Of a DNA stretch of 64,000 nt, positions 40,992 to 52,337 are shown piece after piece. Position 1 is the stretch's first letter. Each line of letters begins with the position of its first letter. This stretch comes from Utricularia gibba. Lineage: Eukaryota; Plantae; Magnoliophyta. The notes under the pieces are model-generated. The model had not been told where the DNA came from. It made no database searches and saw only the letters and a program-made list of their open reading frames with translations. A program made the position numbers and the translations under genes. Where the stretch lies: positions 1,860,001 to 1,924,000 of the forward strand of contig CM007990.1 in NCBI GenBank assembly GCA_002189035.1, written 5' to 3'.

Positions 40992-42533
40992 ATGGGGAAC
41001 GATCCGGAGAGCACGGGTGGGCTCTACTTCCTCCGGACCTCAAGAAGTTGAGAATGCCATTGTTTGATCAGTTTCACTACTCTAATTTGCAATTTGCATC
41101 AAGTTTTTTTGTACTAGCAATAAACTTTCTAACCCATACAAAACTTCAATTAGTAGGTGTCCGAGTTTGTGCCTGTTGAGTTAAGCTCTCCGAACTTGCT
41201 TTCTTTCCTGTTTTATGTTCTCTGGCTGGAGAATAGGGATCATATATATATTTCATGTAACTGCGTGCCCTTATGTTTTCTAAAATCAGAGTTTGGGATA
41301 GAATCTGATCTTTGAAAAGTAGGCTTTCCTGCCATAATTTTTATTGCCTGGTTCGCAGTAAAATTTGTTTAGGGTTAAAAATCTGGTTGCTCAAGAGAAA
41401 GCATACTGCTTGTCATAGAGAAAACTTTTGATGCTGTGCGGATACTTTATGTAATAGAAAATTGTTTTTTAAAGTTCTTAGGACTAAAACCTACTTGAAA
41501 CTGGATATCATTACTAGATGTTCAAGATTATATTGTGATTATGCAATGCAAAGGGGTTTCCATTAACTTTTTCCTTTAAAAAAATTAATTTTGTGAAGGA
41601 TACATCTCTGTTTTGCTTCTTCTGACGATGGCCGTAGACGCATTGTTCTTTTCCTACACCAGAATGGCATGGTGCTCGTTTGTATAGTCTTAAGACATCT
41701 CATACAATTACATGGGAGGAGTTGAAAAAAAGGCAAAAGGTTATTTAAGAGAAGAGCATGCTTTTCAGGATTCACTTGATCTTACTTCCACTCATCAACT
41801 TCTTGTCATTGACCTGAAATTGCACTTTCTTCTTGACTCTTCCTGGACCTTGAGGGTTTTATGTTTAGAGATTGGTCGTGTTAGAACTGATGATGCTATT
41901 GCTAGAATGAAAAAATGAGAAAGGGAGAATTGGAGCAGATAAAGATCGCATGATGAGAGAATATAGAGCTCAGCTAGATGCCGAAAGGGACCATAAACTT
42001 GCCATGGGAAGAACCGCAGAAGTAGGAAATCCAGCCGGAAAAGGGGTAATGATCAGATAGAAGCTAGAGTGCAGCTTATGCAATGTCCCATCTTCTACTA
42101 ACTCATGCATTAGTACAGACAAAAAACTGGACGAGAAGCATACCAGCAAGAAGAGAAAGGTGAATCATTCTCTTGTTTACATATTGGGGCATGGTTCAGT
42201 CTTCAAAGAATAAAGCCCTTGATGCTTTTACTGAAACTCCATCGAATGTTGATGCTTGTGATCGTGTGCCCCTGGAATTTCTATCTGAACCATTTATATG
42301 CTTCACTTTAGCGCTCTAGAAGATCATTGGATTATAGCAGTAAATCATCATAAGAAGCATCATCTAGCAGTGATGACAACAGGGAGTCTAAAAAGTTGAA
42401 GTCAAGATCGAAGAGTAGGAAGAAAGATAAAGGCACTGTGCAGCATCATCTAAGTATTCACTATTTAAAACGAAGATACTGATGGATCCTTCCCCCTTTC
42501 TCGTTTCTTTGGGAGCAAAAAAACCGGATTTAG
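40992..42533 (+). pseudogene. Intron-containing pseudogene of a conserved small Lys/Ser/Arg-rich plant protein (FAM133-like)
   Basis: Exon remnants RRARVGSTSSGPQEVENAIV; FPTPEWHGARLYSLKTSHTITWEELKKRQK|gt; MRKGELE/ADKDRMMREYRAQLDAERDHKLAMGR; Ser-rich SSSSDDNRESKK with a stop; PLSRFFGS. At least three frameshifts and a premature stop. Confidence 0.75.
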
Positions 42534-42780
42534 ATTGTTGGACTTGTATGATTTTGCTTTCTCTTTACCAAATATTTGAAAAACATACTCGATTTTCATG
42601 TTTTCAGATGCATAGGCTTTGTTTATCAACAGTTCCTGTAGTGGCAGTTGGTATTCTTCTCCTTGTGCCTGACTCAGTTCTTTTATTGTTCCTTGGAACC
42701 AGCACTGAACCCAGCACAAATCTTATTACACAACAATCAGATTTTCGTCTGGATTGTGTTGTTTAAGAGTGATCAAGCTA

Positions 42781-43274
42781 CTAGGATGGCTCTTGGATGG
42801 CCCTTCCCTTTTCTTTCAGCTTGGCCACTAATTCTTTCATGGCTTCTTTCCTCTTCTTACTGGCCATCACCTTCGCTGCAACCCCACTGAGATTTGGGTC
42901 CTTCCTCTCCTCCGGTGGAGGTGGTGGCGGCCGCCTTCCTGCCGCAACTGCATTTCCACAACCGACGGTTGATCCCAGCACCGTAATGGCGATCATCAGT
43001 CCAAATCCCCTGGATCACAATGCAACATTTCTTTAAAAACGTTATAGATTCAAACATTCATGCTGCTCTTTCTTATCTGAAAACTTGACGCAAAAAGATA
43101 TCAGAAATACCTCCTGTGAATGTGCTGTTGAGCGTCATGATCCGATGCAGCAGAAGAAGCCCGAACCGTGAGGAATCTTGGAGAGGAACAGAGAGGTCTT
43201 TTCCTCGAGTCTGAAATTTTGGCCAAGGTAAGTGGATGGTGGTTCCCTTTGGGAAGTATTGCAATATGCATCAT
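42781..43274 (-). CDS. Small (130 aa) putative chloroplast thylakoid protein with a twin-arginine signal, 2 exons (43274-43111, 43009-42781)
   Basis: GT-AG intron in frame. Transit-peptide-like N-terminus (PLCSSPRFLTVRASSAAS), HRRGFGLMIAITVLGS...NAVAA, then GRRPPPPPPEERKDPNLSGVAAKVMASKKRKEAMKELVAKLKEKG. Confidence 0.8.
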
Positions 43275-43640
43275 CTTTTCAACAACTGTGTGTATGCTCA
43301 GTGATCAGATGCATTTGGCATCTTTTAAGTGAGAAGTGAAGAGAGAAAGAGTGTTCATGTGGTCAGAATGGAAGCTCTGTGATGCAAGCGTATATGGATT
43401 GAGTGGTGATGCTGCGTCATTGCCTATTCCTGGATAAGCCGCCTAAATCTTGTGGGTCCCGGTCCGCTACCAAAAAAAGACAAAACAGAACAAATTTGAG
43501 AGGCCGGAGGCCCAGAAGAGTTGTGTTTGGCCCAATTGCTTAAGGTTCGCCCCCGGCGACTTGTGGAGACTCTCCGGTGTCTTGCGTTTTCTCGAGGAAC
43601 TCAGAGGCTACCGGATTTTGGTCGCGGAACCTGGTTACAG
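43275..43640. promoter_or_regulatory. Short divergent promoter region and 5'UTR exon of the U5-40K gene
   Basis: Site II motifs GGCCCA at 43509-43514 and 43529-43534; splice donor CAG|GTAATG at 43640/43641 opens a probable 5'UTR intron. Confidence 0.55.
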
Positions 43641-44092
43641 GTAATGTGTTTCGAGTATTTTGCCGTAGATTTATTCTCTTTGAGGATTCTCAGAACCACG
43701 GAGTTCATAAATTGTGGTTCGGATCCGTACTTCTAGGTTTACGCTTTTAATTTTTAGTTTACGAAGAGGGCCGCTTTTATGTTGCTTATGGTTGCTTCCG
43801 GCTCTCGTGTTGTACGCGAACTTGATTAACGTGGTAAGTGGCAGTTTGCAATGGATTTATGCTCTAGGGGTGCATATGTTTATGCTCTTCTTCGGTTGCC
43901 CTAGTTTTTTTTTTCTTGATAGGAATTTTGTGTAAGTTGATGTTACTGGAATGGTTTCTGTTTGTTTACTTTCTGCTTGTACGTTCACTTTGCGTTTACT
44001 TGGGTTGTCCATTTTGCTATTTTTAATCATTCTCAACGTTATTTTTTTTTATTTTATAACTTGTCATAAACTAGATATTCACGAGATCAGAA

Positions 44093-45112
44093 ATGAGTAT
44101 GCAAGTTGAAGGTGCTCTAGTTGTTGCCCCAAAGGCATCAGACTTGTCAACTTTCACAAATGGCTTGGGCCCTGTTCCTGGACAAAAGGGTCGTACTTCC
44201 AGCTTAGAGGCACCGATCATGTTGTTGACTGGGCATCAAAGTGCGGTTTATACGATGAAATTCAATCCTGCAGGAACGGTCATTGCCTCCGGGTCTCATG
44301 ACAAGGATATCTTTTTGTGGAATGTTCATGGTGATTGTAAGAATTTCATGGTCCTGAAGGGGCACAAGAATGCTGTGTTGGATGTTCAGTGGACTACTGA
44401 TGGCTCTCAAATTATATCAGCCAGTCCAGATAAGACCTTAAGGGCGTGGGATGTTGAAACTGGAAAACAGATCAAGAGGATGATCGGTCACTTATTTTGT
44501 GTGAATTCTTGTTGTCCTGCTCGAAGAGGACCCCCTCTTATTGTTAGTGGATCCGATGATGGAACTGCTAAGCTGTGGGATATGCGGCAAAGGGGCTCCG
44601 TGCAAAGTTTCCCAGACAAATACCAAATTACAGCAGTTAGTTTTTCTGATGCTTCAGATAAGATTTATACTGGTGGAATAGACAATGACGTAAAGGTTTG
44701 GGATCTGCGGAGAAGTGAGCCAGTTATGAAACTTCAAGGACATCTGGATATGCTCACTGGAATGCAATTGAGTCCAGATGGATCCTACCTCTTAACCAAT
44801 AGCATGGACTGCACTGTTCGTATATGGGACATGCGGCCATATGCCCCTCAGAATCGTTGTGTGAAAATCTTGGAAGGGCATCAACACAATTTCGAGAAGA
44901 ACCTTCTGAGATGCAGTTGGTCACCCGATGGGAGCAAGGTCACTGCTGGTAGCAGTGATTGCATGGTCTACATTTGGGACACTACTTCAAGACGCATCCT
45001 GTACAAGCTTACAGGCCACACAGGCTCTGTTAACGAGACCGCCTTTCATCCATCTGAACCGATCATCGCGTCCTGTAGCAGTGACAAACAGATTTATCTT
45101 GGTGAAATCTAA
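44093..45112 (+). CDS. SNRNP40: U5 small nuclear ribonucleoprotein 40 kDa protein (WD40 repeat), intronless CDS
   Basis: 339-aa ORF with RTSSLEAPIMLLTGHQSAVYTMKFNP, LKGHKNAVLDVQW, VRIWDMRPYAPQNRCVK, GHQHNFEKNLLRCSWSPDG, SDKQIYLGEI. Confidence 0.95.
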   Translation: MSMQVEGALVVAPKASDLSTFTNGLGPVPGQKGRTSSLEAPIMLLTGHQSAVYTMKFNPAGTVIASGSHDKDIFLWNVHGDCKNFMVLKGHKNAVLDVQWTTDGSQIISASPDKTLRAWDVETGKQIKRMIGHLFCVNSCCPARRGPPLIVSGSDDGTAKLWDMRQRGSVQSFPDKYQITAVSFSDASDKIYTGGIDNDVKVWDLRRSEPVMKLQGHLDMLTGMQLSPDGSYLLTNSMDCTVRIWDMRPYAPQNRCVKILEGHQHNFEKNLLRCSWSPDGSKVTAGSSDCMVYIWDTTSRRILYKLTGHTGSVNETAFHPSEPIIASCSSDKQIYLGEI

Positions 45113-48100
45113 ACGGGAAGGTGACCTTATCTCAAGAATGTCTGTCAGCTATGGCTAACGAAAAGATGCATTTCTTGTGAAACAAAAAGCAGGGTAGTGA
45201 GTTGCTGAGTCTATGGACCACTTATCTTTTGGATTATGTTGCATGACCTTGCTTTTCTTACTGAAAATGTATCCACGGGAGGGTTTGTGCTTTAAACAAG
45301 GTTCACATCTAGAATTTAGCCCTTTTATATGAGCTTGCTCTTTGCATTCATTTGTCTAACAAGTGGCTATTATGGTTGGAAAATTCCTTTGTACGAGAAG
45401 TCAAATTTGTCAGTGAATTTTTTAGGTGGGTTTTTGTTTTCGTGCTCGAAATGAAAAATATGGAATTTTGGTGATTGTGAAACTTCGAAAATCGAAAGTT
45501 TCTCAAACGAGAGAGGAAAAATGTTCCAAGAATCAACTGAATTAAAAGTGATCTTTTGAACGGCATGGTTATTGGACAAAATGAAGAAAGCAACAAGGAA
45601 GAAGTCTTCCGATTCTGGGTGGGTTCTTGGTATTGTTTCTACAAAAACTAGAGAAGATAATGTTGTTAAATAGATTTTGATTGTAAGTTGATTTGCATAA
45701 CATTAAATCTTAGAGAAACCAAGAAAATAATGGATAGTTTTGTACTATTGATCCTCATATAATATTATTCATCTTCATTGTTTAAATTTTTGAGGTAATT
45801 AATCTTCACTATTTGAGAATGAGTGGTAAAATTGATCAACAGTGTTTAATAAATTGGTGGAATAAGTATTCAGTTTGATACATATTATTTATACAAAATG
45901 TTTGATATAAATATTTCTCATTCTTTAAAACAATTGGTATAATCAATCATCTAGACATTTGTCAAATTAGTACCTAGAAAATCTATATATAGTTCATTTT
46001 TCTCATTTTTATCACAATTCGTTGGTTAAAATTATTCTTATTTTATTATTTTATCAATAATAGATAACTTATTATTTAATTATTTTTAAAATATTCATAT
46101 ATAATATTAATACATATAATCAATCAAATTATTACATTACTTTCAACATTAAAAAATATTTATTAATTCATTAATTATTATTATAATATATATAAACATT
46201 ACTGATATCTATCGAAATATTATTTGCCATATGATAAATAATGTTTATTAATTTAGAAATTATAATTATCATATACTTTAATAATTATACATAACATTAC
46301 AATTGTAAAATTACAATATAAACGACATGTATCATTGTAATATATGTGCATTGTGTGTTATGGACTGCTTTGGCGGGTGGGATGTTGTTGGATTAATTAT
46401 TATTAATCCATTAATTACTATTATAATAACATAAAGAAATTATTAATACAATATTATTTGTCAAAATCTTTTTTTTATCAAGGCACAAAATAACAATTCG
46501 GCACATTACATTTAAAATTCTAGTATTTTTATTACTACTATTTTTTATAATTAAAATTATATATATTAATTATTTATACTTAATGTTAAAGTATTTTTGT
46601 TACAGCATTAATAACACTGTCATTAATTTTGTTTAATTATAACTGATTTAATGTATTGATATCTAATGACATTTATAGTTTCTTTTTGAATTAATTTTTA
46701 TTCAAACTATTCATCATACTGCGCATTCTATTTAAATATTATTTTAAAACAAAAAATATAAAAAATTTACTCAAAGAGAATTTAAAATGCATTATTTTCT
46801 ATTTTACAATCCAATTATATTTTCGTATTTAGAATAAAAAATATATATTGATTTAATCAAAACATATATATTAATTCTTTTCATTTAATGATGAAATATA
46901 TTTCATAATACGTTCTGTTATTATAAGTACCCAACTATATAAAACTGTCTTTAACTTCAAATTATATAAAATTATTATAATAATCCCATAAAATGAGTGA
47001 ATAATTCCATTCATTTTTGCATAATGATCAAATTATTTAAAAAGTAAAGAAAATCATGAAATTTTGAAAAAAAATCAACTTGATTAGGGTGAGTACACAT
47101 ATTTTTTAATTGAATATTTCAATAGATGTGTTGAGACATATAGTTGTGACAATTTATTATATTTTTGAAAAAATAATATTTTTTTACATATCTTTATGAT
47201 TTATTTGTGATGTAAATGACATACAATGATATCAAATAGTGTGTATAAATTCTATCATGACTTCTATTTTTAAATAATCAATGTTAATGGAAAAATTATC
47301 TAATATAGGTAGACTTTTACAAGTTAACTTATATGAATTAAAGTATTAATATGATTTTGATATGATTATCAAATTGGAGTATCTACATTGACACTTTATC
47401 AAATTTGAGAAATATTTATAATAATATAAAGTATAATAATAGAGTGATTCTAATAATTTAAATTTTAAATTCTCGTCAATAAAAAATATTCATATAAATA
47501 ATAATGATAATATGATAAATTCAAAAAATAGAAACAATAATACTTCATTTAATTTTGAATTTTAAGAAAATAAAGTTCAAATTTATTGATATGTAGAAGT
47601 GAATCTAATACTAATTTATCCATTTGTTACATTTTCAAATTGAAGATATGAATAAAAGCGAATCAAATGTTAATTTGGTTCAAGACATTGTTGTTTTTAA
47701 TCAATTCATAATATTTTGGTCATTTATGTTGGTCTATGTCTATAAAAGCAACCAATTTCTATGTATACATTCTAATAATTTTCTATCGCAAACTTTTCTT
47801 ACAAGTTATTTTAAATTCTAAGTCTATCTAAAGATTTTGATGTATGAAGTTGTTGTAGCAATTTTCTATGATGGTAATATCATAAATGATGTATATGGAC
47901 ATATGGCGTATACTATTTCTCCAATTGAATCACTTCATCATAAAATAAACATTTCTTATGAATCGATTATTTTTTAGATTTATACGATTATAGATGTTGA
48001 ATTTACACAACACTTCTTTACATATTTTGCACAGTTCTTTGAAAGTAGGTTAGATACTTTCAATTGCATTTATATTTTAAATGCTAGTATACTGCACTAA

Positions 48101-49399
48101 TTGTTTTGATTGAATCATACAGGTTCAGGTGTAAACATATTTATTGAAGTTGGAGTTATAATTCTGCAGCACTAAACATTATCCTCGAGAAACAGAGTTA
48201 TATATATATAATTATAAGTAAATTATGTGATTTTCATGTGTACTTAAAGATACCTACATTCAACTCGATTTGAACCTTACCCAAGTCAGTAACATGAAGG
48301 GTTAAATTATTAGTATCTTCATGTATTTTTGTGTTTCTAGAATATTTATTTAACATATTTATTTTATAGTTATCAAATTTTCATAAAATTTATACTTTAG
48401 AATACTTAATAATTTATTAACATTTATAAAACATTTACTTCTTACTTTTATATCTTCATTTTCAACATTGAAATTTTATGAATTTTGAAATTGTATTGAA
48501 TATTTATTATTAAAACTTTTTAAATTTTACATTACATATTTTTTTAGATAACCAAGTTTTAACTTTTACTTATATTATTTTTTCCGACAACTCATTTCCT
48601 TAATATATTAGATGGAACCAAGATAATTTTGAGCATGTTTAGCGATGCAAGGTTTTGCTAGTTATGAGACAAAAGTAATATCATGGAATTACAATCTATG
48701 ATAAAAATTTAGACCATATAATTCAATAAGATGATATTCATTTTACAAATTCTAAAAGCAAGATTGTTCCAAATACTCTTTGGAGTAAGGGTAATGGTTT
48801 ACAGATAGTTGAATCTGATGGCAAACCCAATAATGAACCTTTTCCTATTAGAAGTAATCCATTGATGTGGTAGGACTTAGCTAATCTTTAAAAAATAAGG
48901 TCATTTTATACTATTACTATAATTTTTATTGCTCTTGAGTTTACCTTTGATATCAAGGTTAAGTTGGAATATGTTGTCACAAAGTATTCTATTTTTAAGA
49001 CGAGAATATAATTTCATGTGTTTAGAATTATTAATTCAATCTACCATCTCATTTACCGTCAAAATCATAAAAAAGTCCAAATTTCCATGTCATTTGAATG
49101 CACGTTTCCAAAATTGGGCAACATTATGAAAGATTATGAATTTTCAAGAATCTTACACGTGTGATATTATGAATTTCTTAGAAAAGTAACATATAAATCT
49201 ATAGAAAGACTTTCTTGTCGAACACTAATTGAATTGATCAAAGACCTAGTAAGAATCAAGGCTTCCACAGTACAACAAAAAAGTCTTAAAACAATTTAAA
49301 ATCAAAATTTGTTACTAGAAGGCTTGGTCCATCTTAATATGACATTTGATAGGATTGTACAAAAGAACTATCTAAGTATTTGGGAAAAGTTGAGAGGCA

Positions 49400-49700
49400 A
49401 ATCTTGGATCTATAGTAATTTGGAAGAATGCTAATGATAATATGAGTGGACATATTCTACACTATGTGTTCTAGGCATTTGTGTGTTATAAACATTGTCA
49501 TGTAGTCATATAAGTCGATGAGACACATTTTTATAACCAATATAAAATACAAACTACTAATACCGTCGCCATGGATGCTAGTGGATATGTTCTCCCATTA
49601 ACTTATGCTTTAGTTGACGAAGAGTCAGTTCCCGCATGTACCTCGTTTAGAGTTATTACAAACTCATATTATACGTGATTGTCATCTAACATGTTCAACT
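49400..49700 (+). mobile_element. Degenerate Mutator-like (MULE) transposase fragment
   Basis: VDETHFY...KLLIP..AMDASGYVLPLTYALVDEES resembles the MULE DDE domain; embedded in a long AT-rich tract (45.7-51.6 kb). Confidence 0.6.
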
Positions 49701-52337
49701 AGTGATATAAACTCTTGATTGTTGGATGGCTTGTATGTGGTTCCTTGCTTTTGGTCACCATATAGATACTATCGATTTTGATTTTGACATGTAAGATCCA
49801 ATTATCTCACACATAATAGGAACAACTATTTGCATGTTTTGGTCAGAGTTGCAAATATGATACCATAATAAATGGAAAATTCGCATATGTCGTACAATGA
49901 TGACTTATAATGCTATTTTAACTTAGAGATCGACTATATCAAATATTTAAATGTTAAGGATTAATCATCTTAATTTTTAAATAATAAAAAATAAATATGT
50001 ATTGTATGTAAATAATGAGGATTAAAAATATTTAAGGTTTGAAGTTTTATAATTAATTATATATGTCTGATATTTTAAATTTTGAGGATTAGTTATAATT
50101 GATAAACATAATATGAGAGTTTTTTTTTGAAATTTTTTCCATATCTAATTAATAGAATTGTTATAAATTAGTTTCATCACTAAAATATTATAATAAACTA
50201 ATAGTATTTATCTATTAAATTTTAAAAAATAATTATCACTATTAACTCTTTTATTATTATTAAATTAATAACCAAAAAACTATTAAAAAATTATTTATAC
50301 AAAATATTTTAAAACAATATTGACATAACATGTTTTTATTTAACAATTACAATTTTTATATCATTTATTGCTTGTAAATGATATTGTAATTGTAATAACA
50401 TTAGGTAAATTACATGTATTTAAATTTTATTGAACTGAGGGTTAGGTTGTGCTGTATTTGCATTGAAATGGATAGTATTGGGATTGGATTGGGTCTGGGA
50501 TGTATTAACTTGGATCGGTATTGGATTGGATCGCTGAATTTGGACACCAAGATAGCCATCCTTAATAAAGAAAATTTAACTTATAACATCAATTGCAAAG
50601 TATGATAATGTCAAGGTGTAGGGACTATTATTCTGTATATTTATAATTTAAAGTGCAAACAAGATAATATATATAATAATCATATGTTATGTCTTTTCAA
50701 GTCCGTTTATTTATTATTTAAATATTTTAATTTAGAATATTAAATTAAGAGAATATTTCTTTTGGGCATAAAGGATAATATGAGTATTTTTTAAAAAGAT
50801 TTGTTAACTCATCGAGAAGAAATGAAAAAAATATATCTAATAATTGGAAAATGATTTAATATCATTTTAAATCATTTGGGCTTAAATATAATATTGAAGA
50901 AAAATTGTGAAATTATTAAAAACTAATAAAATAAAATAAAAAAGATACTAAAAAACACGAAATACAAAATGCAATATTAAGAAATAAGATTATAAGGATA
51001 TTTTGATTATTTATACTTGACAACTAATAAATGTCATCACATTTTGTATTTTTTTTAAACTTTTTACATTAAGAATCTTCACAATCGTCTTCAACTCCTG
51101 GTCAATTATACTTGAAAAGAAGCTATATTTGCTAACACTTGAACACATTAGTTATTGAATGTTTACCCTAATATACATTGCGAAGTGAAAGTTTACCAAA
51201 ACACACTTACAAACTATTACTGTTAGACACAATCACCATAACATTCTATCGTAGACACATTGGATATCGCTTATCTACTCTTGAGTACACATTTTGTGGA
51301 CCCCTTTTCTTTTAATCTCATGAATATATAATGTTGTACACATTCTTGAACATCTACCTTTGTAAACACTCGATAACGACCCTCTACTATTGTACACATT
51401 AGCAACCCTCTACCCTTGTCCACTGGGTCAATATTTGTATGAGTGATCAAATGCACTTGATGCTAAATTTTGTAAATTTTATGAAGTAATATTGAATCTT
51501 AGCAAAATGATGAAGAACATTTGACGAATGATCAAAATGTTGTACTGATATTACCACCTATTATAACTTGATCATCCCACTTAGCCTTTTCATCATTTGT
51601 TTTTCCAACATAGTCTGTTAACACAATCTCTCAAAGTTTGCAGGTGCATAGATAACAGGTCATCTTGTTTGCTCATCATTCGTACTCATCACTTGAGAAG
51701 ATGGGGTAGGTTGATTGAAATTTGAGACCATGAGTCCGTTCTTGAGCAGAAGATAGGCACTAGGAAGTGAGTAATCATAAGTTTCGTGGAAATATAGTGA
51801 AGGTTCACATCGGGTTTATCGAGGTTCAAAATTTTAGGTTGGAGAGAAGACGTTATTGTTCTTCTAATGTTTTTGGAACTCAAAGGCCTACGGCAGTTGA
51901 TTACAAATCTTGGTTATATAAACATAAAAACTAGCCGTTGTGGTGTCTGTTAGTAGCAGTCCCTTCGTCTAGGACCTGGGTTAGTCCTGATGGGCCGCAG
52001 GACCGGTCGGTGTTGTTATTGGCCCGATCTTCTTGAAGCTGGTTGGGCCTGGTATGATGAGCCCAGATCCTCTCTTGACATTAGGGTACTCATTTTCTTG
52101 CGACAGCTTCAGCGGTGGTTCTTTCTCCTTCTCACTTGTTGACTCTGTTTTTTCCTTCGACTTGTTCATCTGGCATTCTGCAATATTCAACTGACGCTCC
52201 ACTCCTCCATCAATCTCCAACAGGATTAGCCTTTGGTTTTTTGTTAGTTTTTTTTGTTCTTTTATTTTGCACAAGCTATTGTTTCATGAGATAATGGATT
52301 CATTGCTTTGCCTTTTGGTATTTAGGAATTTACAGCA

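Noticed and set aside
51100-51650. Possible CACTA transposase remnant
   Set aside because: Only vague similarity; no CACTA terminus or convincing motif.
51981-52274. 97-aa minus-strand ORF
   Set aside because: TTG start, no recognisable domain; overlaps the SRD2 promoter/5'UTR with site II motifs at 51991, 52044 and 52060.
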